32,000 nt of DNA from contig NZ_AP028907.1 of assembly GCF_036323395.1 (NCBI RefSeq), forward strand, positions 870,001 to 902,000, in the 5' to 3' direction. The notes beneath the pieces were generated by a model. That model ran no database searches and had not been told where the DNA came from. It saw nothing but the letters and a program-made list of their open reading frames with translations. The translations under genes were made by a program, and so were the position numbers. Shown here in pieces: positions 16,694 through 25,434 of the stretch (position 1 is its first letter; each line of letters opens with the position of its first letter). The stretch is from Pyrodictium abyssi (GTDB lineage Archaea; Thermoproteota; Thermoprotei_A; Sulfolobales; Pyrodictiaceae).

Positions 16694-17020
16694 TCACTGC
16701 TCCCTAGGCGCCAGCCCTACCCCTTTACACGCCGAGACAACGGCCTCCAATAACTTTACAACACTTACAACGTCTGAAGGCTCTCTACACTCAACCGAGA
16801 CATTAGATTCATACGAAGCTGGTAGGGCTTGTAGACTGGCTGCAACCGGACGAGGCGGCGTAACAACCACAATGCACGAGTTATGACTAGATACAATCCA
16901 TCCAGCCCCGCCGCCTGCTGCACAGCTGGAGCTGCTACACAGCTTCTCGTGCACTAGTGATACACAGTCGTAGAGCCTTGATACATCTGCTGCTACAAGC
17001 CTAAATGGCACCTCGTACAT
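16694..17020 (-). CDS. Possible small hypothetical protein (about 108 aa)
   Basis: Sub-ORF of 16694..17404 starting at ATG 17020: MYEVPFRLVAADVSRLYDCVSLVHEKLC...HNSCIVVVTPPRPVAASLQALPASYESNVSVECREPSDVVSVVKLLEAVVSACKG looks protein-like, whereas the upstream part looks like noise. Confidence 0.35.
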   Translation of the reverse strand: MYEVPFRLVAADVSRLYDCVSLVHEKLCSSSSCAAGGGAGWIVSSHNSCIVVVTPPRPVAASLQALPASYESNVSVECREPSDVVSVVKLLEAVVSACKGVGLAPREQ

Positions 17021-17141
17021 ACAGCCAGGCAAACCAGTGCCACCCTTGGGGTACCTAGCTAAAAGCCCGGCTCGTCTAAGGGTCTCGGGGCCTGGTACCC
17101 CCGGGAACGGATACGGGGATAGGTATCTAACCCTCCCGAAA

Positions 17142-17161
17142 AACTCTGGGCAACCCGAGTT
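17142..17161 (+). other. Hairpin AACTC(t)GGG-caa-CCCGAGTT
   Basis: 8 bp of pairing with one bulged T and a 3-nt loop, in the leader region upstream of the ctaB-like gene. Confidence 0.5.
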
Positions 17162-17201
17162 AAAGCAATAGGTGGCAAGCACAGAGGGCGGCCAAAAGTT
17201 T

Positions 17202-17216
17202 GTGGCTAGGAGCCAC
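17202..17216 (+). other. Hairpin GTGGCT-agg-AGCCAC
   Basis: Perfect 6-bp stem with a 3-nt loop, about 34 nt before the ctaB-like start codon. Confidence 0.5.
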
Positions 17217-17249
17217 TTATACAATGATTTCGGAGAGGATTGATTAGTA

Positions 17250-18194
17250 ATGAGTAGACGCGACTCCCGGCTTAAAACAGAGTACGCGGAACCATCTAGA
17301 AAACGCAGCGGACTCATTGCCGACATTGCAGCCCTGATAAAGCTCCGCCAGACAACACTTCTAGTGGTATCAATGTATGCATCCTTCATACTTGGTGGCG
17401 GCATCGGTTATCCGCTCAAGATGCACATGCTAGTAGTAGCCCTAGGATACATAGCTATATCAAGTGTCACAGCTATAAACATGTACTTTGATCGGGATAT
17501 AGACGCTATAATGCCTAGAACTATGGAAAGACCACTGGCAAGTGGTAGGCTAAACCCAAACATGGTACTTGCTGTATCCATATCCCTTCTCGTAGCCTCG
17601 CTAGCCCTAGCATCAATCTACATCAACATATACTACAGCATTGCAATAGCTATAGGCTTCATGTTCGACATAGTTGCCTACACAATACTGCTCAAACGCA
17701 AAACGCCGCTCAGCATAGTGGCAGGCGCAGTTGCTGGCGGTGCTCCATCGCTGGGAGGATGGGCTGCAGCAACAGGAACAATAGATGTAAATGCACTACT
17801 ACTCTCACTCCTAGTGGTCGTATGGGTACCTGCACACATATGGTTCCTAGCCACGTTCTATCGGGAGGACTATAGGAGAGCCAGTGTACCAATGCTCCCC
17901 GTTGTAGCAGACCCAAACGTAACAGCCATGGGGATAGGGTTTGGCGCCCTCATAATGGGCTACGTGATAGTCGGTCTATGGCTCAACAGGGTTATAGGTG
18001 CAGTGTCGCTAGCCTACGGGTTATTCGCGTCAACGCACCTATTCGCGATGGCGGTGAACTATGGATTAACGGGCGGCGATGAAATCTACGCAAGAAGGGC
18101 ATTCAAGATAACTAATATGCACCTTGGCATACTATACATGGTCATGGTGCTGGAGAAGGCTATCGCACCAGGGCTAAGCCTAGGGCTAGACTAG
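17250..18194 (+). CDS. ctaB: UbiA-family prenyltransferase, heme O synthase (protoheme IX farnesyltransferase)-like
   Basis: NMYFDRDIDAIMPRTMERPLASGRL, AGGAPSLGGWAAATG, VVVWVPAHIWFLATFYREDY, multi-pass membrane protein. Confidence 0.85.
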   Translation: MSRRDSRLKTEYAEPSRKRSGLIADIAALIKLRQTTLLVVSMYASFILGGGIGYPLKMHMLVVALGYIAISSVTAINMYFDRDIDAIMPRTMERPLASGRLNPNMVLAVSISLLVASLALASIYINIYYSIAIAIGFMFDIVAYTILLKRKTPLSIVAGAVAGGAPSLGGWAAATGTIDVNALLLSLLVVVWVPAHIWFLATFYREDYRRASVPMLPVVADPNVTAMGIGFGALIMGYVIVGLWLNRVIGAVSLAYGLFASTHLFAMAVNYGLTGGDEIYARRAFKITNMHLGILYMVMVLEKAIAPGLSLGLD

Positions 18195-19298
18195 AGACGT
18201 GTAATCACCCCACTCGCTGAGAGCTTTTCTGCTAACGTCACCGGCGCGCGGACCGGTAAACCGAAGCGAGCCATCGCTCTTTGGCAGGCCCAGCCTTGCG
18301 GTGGACCAGTGTCTACGTGGTATTGGTAGCCTCGAGCCTATGGGGTAGAACGTTGAGGGGGACCTTAGCTTGTTTGCCTCCTTTATAGCCGATATCACAG
18401 CTTCTACCCTATCTTCGAAGCGCTCTAACTCTTTAAGCCTCGGTCTGACCTCGATAGGCTCGCCACGCCAGTTTAGGCAAGGAATCAGCTTAAAGTCGTA
18501 AGTTATGCGTATGCGTGTGCATCCGGCACAGAATATGAAGTTGCCAACGGGGCCTACTATCTCTACTTTAACGCCATTGTCGAGTATTAGCACGGGGCGA
18601 TTGTGAAGCCCTACACGGTACTTTATCTCTACTATCCGGTTTTCGAGCTTCTCAAGTACACGCCAGCGTGGCAGATGGTGTTCGCGGAACTTTTTAGTAG
18701 CTTTGCCAACAGGATGTAGCTCGATGAACTGTACGGTGGCTCCTATCTCTGAGGCAAAGTCTATTATCTTGAGTATATCCTCTTCGTTGACACCTCTTAG
18801 TATTACAAAGTTTATCTTCAAGGGTATGCCATACTCGTGGGCAAGTCTTAGGTTTGCCACAACACGGTCAACGAGTGTTGAGCCGGTTATGGTCTTGAAC
18901 GCGCTACTAGACAGGGCGTGAAGACTTACATTTATATGGTCTATGCCTACATCGGCTAGCTTTGGTAGATGATTGTGTAGGAGTGATCCATTAGTTGTGA
19001 TGGAAACATAGGCGTTGCATCTATCCTTCATTATGGATACTATGTCTGCGAGGTCTTCTCGAAGCGTGGGTTCGCCCCCGGTTATCTTAAAGGCCTTTAT
19101 TCCGAGTCTACGTGCCGCTTCAGCTATAAGCTCTATCTCGTCAAGTGTAAGCTCTTGTTGCTTTATTTCCTGCTCTTTGTAGCCCTCCATGTGGCAGAAG
19201 AAGCATGAGAAGTTACAACGCCCTGTAACCATAACTCTAAGGTTAGTTAGAGGTCTACCGTATCTGTCTATAATTGGCGTAGCGAACCCACCCACCAC
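18186..19298 (-). CDS. moaA: GTP 3',8-cyclase, molybdenum cofactor biosynthesis (radical SAM)
   Basis: LRVMVTGRCNFSCFFCHMEGY (CxxxCxxC), KITGGEPTLREDL, and C-terminal second-cluster motif FCAGCTRIRITYDFKLIPCL. Confidence 0.93.
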   Translation of the reverse strand: MVGGFATPIIDRYGRPLTNLRVMVTGRCNFSCFFCHMEGYKEQEIKQQELTLDEIELIAEAARRLGIKAFKITGGEPTLREDLADIVSIMKDRCNAYVSITTNGSLLHNHLPKLADVGIDHINVSLHALSSSAFKTITGSTLVDRVVANLRLAHEYGIPLKINFVILRGVNEEDILKIIDFASEIGATVQFIELHPVGKATKKFREHHLPRWRVLEKLENRIVEIKYRVGLHNRPVLILDNGVKVEIVGPVGNFIFCAGCTRIRITYDFKLIPCLNWRGEPIEVRPRLKELERFEDRVEAVISAIKEANKLRSPSTFYPIGSRLPIPRRHWSTARLGLPKSDGSLRFTGPRAGDVSRKALSEWGDYTSLV

Positions 19299-19503
19299 TC
19301 TGCAGGCCGGTCAACAAGGGTATTATATTGCAGTCTCCGCTGGTACATCCGGCACTCGTCCCGGGATCCTAACCCATTATTACCCGGAAGGCGGTGTGCA
19401 CTTAGCCAGTCCGGGGCAACAAACTCTGGGGACTAGAAAGCCGCGACAGGCTCGTGCTGGGCTATGGCAAATCTAGGGTATAGCCAGCGGGGGTTAGCAC
19501 GCC

Positions 19504-19734
19504 TTGACCGGAGCCAAGTATGAGAAGCCGTGTCCACGCTGCCGTACACGCATGGAGTATAGAGTCGAGATGGAATTCGGAGAAAACGGTATGCGGCGCA
19601 TACGCTACTACTACCGCTGCCCGAGATGCGGGTACCGTGTGCACGACCTATCACTTGTTGTTAGACGTGGAAACGGCGGCGGTGTGGTTATCGAGTGCGA
19701 AGAGTATAGGGAGAGAATACGGACAGCAAGATAG
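19504..19734 (+). CDS. Small zinc-ribbon protein
   Basis: CPRCRTRMEYRVEMEFGENGMRRIRYYYRCPRCGYRVHD: two CxxC knuckles about 26 aa apart. TTG start. Confidence 0.65.
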   Translation: MTGAKYEKPCPRCRTRMEYRVEMEFGENGMRRIRYYYRCPRCGYRVHDLSLVVRRGNGGGVVIECEEYRERIRTAR

Positions 19735-19933
19735 TGGCAGCGAGCAATAATGGGTGAATGGTTTTGGACCCGGTTTTTACAGAAGACCTAGGCTCTTCTA
19801 GCCTCCTAGTTCATCCACTATTGGTGGGGTTTAGTTGTATAGCCTAGCTCCGGAACAGTCCTTAAGTAATGCTCCTCGCCAAGCTACTACCACTACACGG
19901 TAGCGTGAACGCTGATGCATCTCTCCTAGGGCT

Positions 19934-20578
19934 TTGGAGGTATGTAGTGAGGCCTTGTTGAGGAACATGATAAAAAGACTGGTAAAGTCCTACCGTGACG
20001 TACTGCAGTATGCACGGATACTGAATGCACAGAGTATAGCCAGAAGAATGTTCGTCACAAACAGCTTCGACGGCCTACTCTCGGGGCTGGGTGTTATACT
20101 CGGCAGCTATCTGAGCGGTGCTACCAACCCGGCAAACTATGTAGGCAGTGTGATAGGCGCATCGTTCTCTATGGGGTTCTTTAGTGGTGTAGTCGCAACA
20201 TACCTCTCAGAGCGCGCGGAACGCCTCCAGGAGCTCCGCAGAACCGAGCGAGCGATGCTCCATCCACTACGTGGAAGTATATACGAGAGAGCAGCAAAAG
20301 TAGTACCGATATATGTAGCGTTGTGGAGCGGTCTTGGCGCAATGCTGTTGCCCACTATAGGCGTCTCACCATTCATACTTGCCGAGGCCCTGGGGATAAA
20401 CGTCCCAATACCGATACTAGTCTACACCTCAGCAGGGCTAATGGTCGCTGAACTATTCATGCTAGGAGTATACCTCGGCAAGATAAGCGGCGAGAACAAG
20501 CTAGTAAGCGGCGCCAGGCTAGCCCTAATAGGCCTCGCAGCGGTACTATTCTTCACTATAGCCTCGCTAGTGATGTGA
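19934..20578 (+). CDS. VIT1/CCC1-family-like membrane protein
   Basis: RRMFVTNSFDGLLSGLGVILGSYLSG and VGSVIGASFSMGFFSGVVATYLSERAERLQELRRTERAML: matches the DGxxSxxG start and the amphipathic region of VIT/CCC1-like transporters. Confidence 0.75.
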   Translation: MEVCSEALLRNMIKRLVKSYRDVLQYARILNAQSIARRMFVTNSFDGLLSGLGVILGSYLSGATNPANYVGSVIGASFSMGFFSGVVATYLSERAERLQELRRTERAMLHPLRGSIYERAAKVVPIYVALWSGLGAMLLPTIGVSPFILAEALGINVPIPILVYTSAGLMVAELFMLGVYLGKISGENKLVSGARLALIGLAAVLFFTIASLVM

Positions 20579-20685
20579 CACGGGCTTCGCGGGCCTCGGA
20601 ACAGCGAAGAGCTCATCAGTGCTGCATAAACCCTAAGCGGTTACAAGGGGCTCAGCTCCGCCGGAATGCCTCATCGGTGCCCAAG

Positions 20686-21372
20686 GTGGAGTGCAGAAGG
20701 CTGTTAGAGGATAAATGTTTGAGGAGCGAGTGGTGCCGCGAGCTACTTAAACTCGTAAAGAGCGTCGAAGGAGGCGACGAGGCACACGGGTTCCCTCACA
20801 CGCTACGCGTATTGTGTAGAGCACTAAAGCTAGCTGAAGGCAAGAATGTGGACTATAGGGTACTAGTCGCTTCAGCGCTACTCCATGATATAGGCAGGCC
20901 CTTCGAGAACCAGGCAGGCGTGCACCACGCGGCTCTCTCAGCCTTCATGGCTAGGCTTATACTCCCTGGGCTAGGCTTCAGCCCAGAGGAAGTAGCACGT
21001 GTCGAGAGAGCCATACTTGAGCACAGCTTCAGCCTCTCAGAGAAGAACCGAGACAAGCCCGGATCCAAGTCGAGCATAGAATCGTGTATACTGAGTGACG
21101 CAGACAAGCTAGACGCACTCGGTGCGGTAGGCGCCTACAGGCTAGTCGAGACATCAGCCCAGCGCAGGCGCAGCATGCGCCAGACACTAGCCCACTACCA
21201 CGAGAAGCTATCAAAACTACCAGACTACATGTGCACGGAAGAGGCCCGTAGAGAAGCGGCCCAATTACTGGAGAGGCTCCGAAGCTTCGTGGAATGGCTA
21301 TACGAGGAGAGCAAAGACTACTTCGACCTAGCAGAGGCTGTGGATAAGGCTTTTCCCTCCACGGGCTACTAG
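20686..21372 (+). CDS. HD-domain phosphohydrolase
   Basis: HGFPHTLRVLCRALKLA...ASALLHDIGRPFE...HH...ILEHSF...ILSDADKLDALGAVGAYR. The track ORF starts at 20575, but GTG 20686 looks the more likely start. Confidence 0.8.
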   Translation: MECRRLLEDKCLRSEWCRELLKLVKSVEGGDEAHGFPHTLRVLCRALKLAEGKNVDYRVLVASALLHDIGRPFENQAGVHHAALSAFMARLILPGLGFSPEEVARVERAILEHSFSLSEKNRDKPGSKSSIESCILSDADKLDALGAVGAYRLVETSAQRRRSMRQTLAHYHEKLSKLPDYMCTEEARREAAQLLERLRSFVEWLYEESKDYFDLAEAVDKAFPSTGY

Positions 21373-21415
21373 ACCCACGGGTATCAGCCATAGAGCAGAG
21401 GCATGGTGGATAAGA

Positions 21416-22702
21416 GTGGTAAAACGCCTCATACTACTCATACTAGACGGTGCAGCTGATAGGCCAGTTGACGGTAAGACGCCTCTCTCAGAGGCATATA
21501 CACCAGGCCTAGACAGGCTAGCACAGAACGCAGTATGCGGGTTCCACTACCCGGTGTCCCCGGGCATAGCGCCGGAAAGCGACCTAGCCACGATATCGCT
21601 GCTAGGATACGTGCCCGAGAAGTACTACACTGGAAGGGGGCCCCTCGAGGCCCTCGGTATAGGCCTCGCCATTAAGCAGGGGCACGAGGTGGCCTTCAGG
21701 GCAAACTTTGCCACCATAGACCCGGCTACCCGCCGGATAATAGACCGTAGAGTGGGCCGGAGCCTAGGCAGCGAAGAGGCTAGAGAACTCGCACGCGCGC
21801 TTGACGGGATGCAGCTCGGGCAAGACGGGTACGCGGTAGTGAGGGCCACTATAGGCCATCGCGCAGTAGTAGTAATCGGGAGTCGTAGCCAGCGCTTGAG
21901 CGCAGCAGTATCCAACATAGACCCAGCCTACGTGAGAAAGGGCCTCATCTCCGAGGCCGTAAAGGACCCCGAAATGGTCCTGCCCAGGTGCAAGCCACTG
22001 GAGGACACAGAGGAGGCGCGCCGGACATGCGAAATGGTGGACGAGTTCGTTGACAGGGCCATTGAGGTGCTAGAGGCGCACCCGGTAAACGCTGAGCGTG
22101 CGAATAAGGGGTTGCTTAAGGCTAACGCGATTCTCCTCAGAGACGCTGGTGATAGGATACCCGAGATGCCGCCTATATCGAAACAGCTAGGGCTATCCCC
22201 TGCTGCCGCAATAGCCGAGATGCCTGTTGAGATAGGTATAGCGAGAGCAGCCGGAATGAAGCCGTACATGGTGTCTCCGCCGTCGGGAGACCTGGCTCGG
22301 GATCTTCCGGAGAGACTTGAGGCTGTACTAAAGGCCCTCAGGGATGGTAACGGCTTCGTATACGTGCATTTGAAAGGTCCTGATGAGCCAGGCCACGACG
22401 GAGACTTTGAAGGAAAGAAGAAAGCAATAGAGCTAATAGATAAGCACTTCGTGTCCCCTCTACTAGACCACATAGACCTAAAGGAGACAGCAATACTAGT
22501 AACATCAGACCATGCTACACCGTGGAGCCTTAAGAGCCATAGCGGCGATCTTGTCCCATGGATGCTCAGTTGGGGAGAGATACCCGACGGCCCAGGCGAG
22601 TTCAGCGAGATAGCCTGCAAGAAGCATGGCGGCCAGATACTAGAGCACGGCTGGCTTCTGCTCCCATACGTGGTGGAGTTCATAAAGAAGAGGGCTCAGT
22701 AG
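21416..22702 (+). CDS. apgM: 2,3-bisphosphoglycerate-independent phosphoglycerate mutase, archaeal type
   Basis: LILLILDGAADRPVDGKTPLSEAYTPGLDRLA, GIAPESDLATISLLGY, GFVYVHLKGPDEPGHDGD, ILVTSDHATPWSLKSHSGDLVP. GTG start. Confidence 0.93.
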   Translation: MVKRLILLILDGAADRPVDGKTPLSEAYTPGLDRLAQNAVCGFHYPVSPGIAPESDLATISLLGYVPEKYYTGRGPLEALGIGLAIKQGHEVAFRANFATIDPATRRIIDRRVGRSLGSEEARELARALDGMQLGQDGYAVVRATIGHRAVVVIGSRSQRLSAAVSNIDPAYVRKGLISEAVKDPEMVLPRCKPLEDTEEARRTCEMVDEFVDRAIEVLEAHPVNAERANKGLLKANAILLRDAGDRIPEMPPISKQLGLSPAAAIAEMPVEIGIARAAGMKPYMVSPPSGDLARDLPERLEAVLKALRDGNGFVYVHLKGPDEPGHDGDFEGKKKAIELIDKHFVSPLLDHIDLKETAILVTSDHATPWSLKSHSGDLVPWMLSWGEIPDGPGEFSEIACKKHGGQILEHGWLLLPYVVEFIKKRAQ

Positions 22703-22980
22703 CGCCCGAAGCGTCATCACCATCGACTAGGGAGCCAGGAGGCTCCACATGTGCTATGCTTTTTCAGCTCCGGTCCACTTCAGCACAGCCCATACTGTGG
22801 CAAGTCTCTCCACCAATAATAACTATCATCATCCTAGGAGCTAGGGGTAAGCAGTATAACATGGCAACATGGTAACCTACCGGTATTGGCCCCGTTCATC
22901 GTGTAGGCGATGAAGACCCCGAAGATAGGGAAGGCACGCGGCCGATGGCCAGGGCCTTCCTAGCGGAGCCCCAGCCCTCG

Positions 22981-23730
22981 CTAAACTACCTCGAACACTA
23001 CAGTGTCTAGCCGTGCTACTCTGTTCAAACACTCCAGGTAGTCTTCATCGTGTTCAGCCTTCTTCATGCAGTCTGATACCTCCTTTAGCCTCCAGTAGTC
23101 GTCTTCGCTGAAGGGCTTCACGAGCCTAGCTACCGACATACAGTTTCTGGACACGATGAACTCGGCTAGGCCTCCCTGGGCTAGGAAGTCGGCAATGGAT
23201 GCTACATCGCGTGGAGATGGATAGCATGAGGGGCTTGGATGGGTATGGGCGAAAACTACAGCAGGGATAAGCGGGAGGCTAACTTCGTATTCTCTCCCAG
23301 GGCCATAGGCTATTTCACTGTTCCATCCAACCACGAGGAAATACTCCCTATCAGTCACTGATAACTCTGCTAAGGGCTTATAGAAGCTGCTACGAAAGAG
23401 GCTTACAATGCGTGATGTTAGCTCGTCAAAACCTATAGCATCCTCGCTGAAGTCCTCTCGACACTCCACTGTATAATCTACAAGCGGTGCTCCAAGTATC
23501 CTTGGCAGTGCCGAGGCTAGAGCATCAAGCGTGTCATCTACACAGCGGCTAGAATAGAGTAGTATACGTGGCTTGTCGCCTCCACATAGCGGCTTGACAC
23601 GTGCAGCTAGGCCGGCGTCTTCTTCGTAGTACGAGAGAACGTGGAATGCTAGGCCGAGGCAGGTGATGTTCCTCGTGGCTTCTCTTACCTCACTGCCTTC
23701 TAGTGCGGTAGTGGGGCCTCGGGCCGGCAT
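22981..23730 (-). CDS. JAMM/MPN+ domain metalloprotease-like protein
   Basis: VFAHTHPSPSCYPSPRD matches H(S/T)H-x7-S-x2-D exactly, in a protein of otherwise unfamiliar sequence. Confidence 0.65.
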   Translation of the reverse strand: MPARGPTTALEGSEVREATRNITCLGLAFHVLSYYEEDAGLAARVKPLCGGDKPRILLYSSRCVDDTLDALASALPRILGAPLVDYTVECREDFSEDAIGFDELTSRIVSLFRSSFYKPLAELSVTDREYFLVVGWNSEIAYGPGREYEVSLPLIPAVVFAHTHPSPSCYPSPRDVASIADFLAQGGLAEFIVSRNCMSVARLVKPFSEDDYWRLKEVSDCMKKAEHDEDYLECLNRVARLDTVVFEVV

Positions 23731-23813
23731 CCCCTAGTCCTCATTAGGTGTTGCTCGGAGAAGCCCGGAGCCCTCCTCACGGGCCAAGGGGTATGTATAG
23801 AACCAGGAAGGGG

Positions 23814-23825
23814 TTTTTATAAAAC
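23814..23825 (-). promoter_or_regulatory. Putative TATA box / T-rich element between glnA and the JAMM gene
   Basis: tttttataaaac in the gap between the two minus-strand genes. Could be the JAMM promoter and/or the glnA termination region. Confidence 0.4.
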
Positions 23826-23839
23826 AGTCCCTTGGAGGG

Positions 23840-25231
23840 TTAGAGGTTGAAGTACATGTAGACCTCCATTGGGTTGGGGTACTGGCGTAGCTCGCCAGCC
23901 TCGGCGCGCTTGACCTCTATGTAGGCCTCTATTATCTCCTTAGTGAATATCGGCTTTAGGAACTCGTTATCGCTCTCTAGCTCGTCTAGGGCCTCGTCGA
24001 GGCTCCTTGGCAGCTCCTTTATGCCTAGCCGCTTCCTCTCGGCCTCGCTCATCTCGTAGACGTTGCGGTCTATCGGGTCACCGGGGTCAATCTTCTTCTT
24101 TATGCCGTCGAGGCCGGCGGCTAGTATAGCGGCGAAGGCGAGGTATGGGTTAGCTGACGGGTCTGGGCTGCGGAACTCTATGCGCTTCGCCTTCTCTACG
24201 CCCTTCTCGTAGAACGGTATACGTATCGCGGCGCTGCGGTTAGCCTTGGCCCATACCATGTATACTGGTGCCTCGTAGCCGGGTACTAGACGCTTGTAGC
24301 TGTTCACCGTAGGGGCTACGAGAGCTGCTAGTGCCCTGCCGTGCTCTATTAGGCCTCCTATGAAGTATCTGGCTGTCTGGCTTAGCTCAGCGTACTCGTC
24401 GTTGGGGTCGTAGAAGAGGTTCCTGTTGCTGTTCTTGTCCCATAGGCTCACGTGGATGTGCATGCCGTTGCCGTTGTCGCCAGCAACAAGCTTAGGCATA
24501 AATGTTGCGGCTAGCCCGTACTTTGCCGCTATGTTGCGTGCCACGTACTTCAGTGTTATTACACGGTCGGCTGTTGTCTTTAGGTCGCCGAACCTGAAGT
24601 CTATCTCCACCTGGCCGAGTGCCGCTACTTCGTGGTGGTGAGCCTCTACCTGGAAACCGAAGTAGTCTTCAAGCACAGTGGCTATCTCGTAGCGTATTTC
24701 GGCTACCTTGTCTATCGGGGTTGGCGTGTGGTAAGCCTTCTTTATCCTCTGGAAGCCCATATCCTCTTCAAAGTCTAGGTACTCGCGAGAGGATACACGA
24801 TAGCCTAGGCCCTTTGTGGGGGTCTCCACGTCGAGGAACAGCTCGTCAACAAGCATGAACTCTACTTCTGGGCCGAAGTAGGCTACAAGGCCCTGGGAGT
24901 CGAGGTACTCTATTGCACGGTCAGCTATATAGCGCGGGTCCTTAGGGAACCTGCCGCCGACGGAAAGGACGTCAGCTATCATGCGGGCTGTGTCCTTCCT
25001 CCACGGGAGTATAGCGAAGGTGTTAGGATCTGGGCGGAGACGGTAGTCGCTCTCGTGGATACTGGCAAAGCCTTCAACGCTGCTGCCATCTAGTAGGCTT
25101 AGACCCTGCTGGAACGCCTTCTCGTCAACCTCCTTAGCGGGCACTGATACGCTGCGTAGGTAGCCAGCTACGTCAACAAACTGAAACTCTACCCACCTAA
25201 CCTTCTCGAGAAGCTTGGCTATCTCCTGCAT
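23840..25231 (-). CDS. glnA: Glutamine synthetase, type I
   Basis: FVDVAGYLRSVSVPAK, GPEVEFMLVDELFLD, HHHEVAALGQVEIDFRF, MPKLVAGDNGNGMHIHVSLW, and RFPxxxx-like NRSAAIRIPFYEKG / RIEFRSPDPSANPYLAFAAILAAGLDG. Confidence 0.96.
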   Translation of the reverse strand: MQEIAKLLEKVRWVEFQFVDVAGYLRSVSVPAKEVDEKAFQQGLSLLDGSSVEGFASIHESDYRLRPDPNTFAILPWRKDTARMIADVLSVGGRFPKDPRYIADRAIEYLDSQGLVAYFGPEVEFMLVDELFLDVETPTKGLGYRVSSREYLDFEEDMGFQRIKKAYHTPTPIDKVAEIRYEIATVLEDYFGFQVEAHHHEVAALGQVEIDFRFGDLKTTADRVITLKYVARNIAAKYGLAATFMPKLVAGDNGNGMHIHVSLWDKNSNRNLFYDPNDEYAELSQTARYFIGGLIEHGRALAALVAPTVNSYKRLVPGYEAPVYMVWAKANRSAAIRIPFYEKGVEKAKRIEFRSPDPSANPYLAFAAILAAGLDGIKKKIDPGDPIDRNVYEMSEAERKRLGIKELPRSLDEALDELESDNEFLKPIFTKEIIEAYIEVKRAEAGELRQYPNPMEVYMYFNL

Positions 25232-25317
25232 AACTGTTCGCCAGTCCTCCCCGCGTCTCCGAACACCTAACTAAACATTGTTGTAATGAGAGCCGTACCC
25301 TGTACTATCAATTAAGG

Positions 25318-25335
25318 ATTCTGTAGTGACAGAAT
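25318..25335. repeat. Palindrome ATTCTGT-agtg-ACAGAAT
   Basis: Perfect 7-bp inverted repeat with a 4-nt spacer in the divergent region between glnA (-) and the 25435 ORF (+). Confidence 0.6.
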
Positions 25336-25434
25336 AGAGACAGAACTCTTACAGCCGGCAATGTGTGGGAAACAGTGGGACAGCTAGGAACAATACCATT
25401 CACGCCCTACAGCGTCTAACCGGGTGACGGAGAT

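Noticed and set aside
17021-17404. Upstream portion of minus ORF 16694..17404
   Set aside because: It overlaps the strongly supported ctaB-like start and has low-complexity non-protein-like composition.
22800-22860. Reverse-strand ATGATGA followed about 40 nt later by CTGA, a possible C/D box sRNA
   Set aside because: No convincing D' and C' boxes in between and no terminal stem; ATGATGA alone is a weak signal.
23840-25231. Short plus-strand ORFs opposite glnA (24426..24641, 24619..24858)
   Set aside because: Antisense shadows of a strongly supported glutamine synthetase gene.
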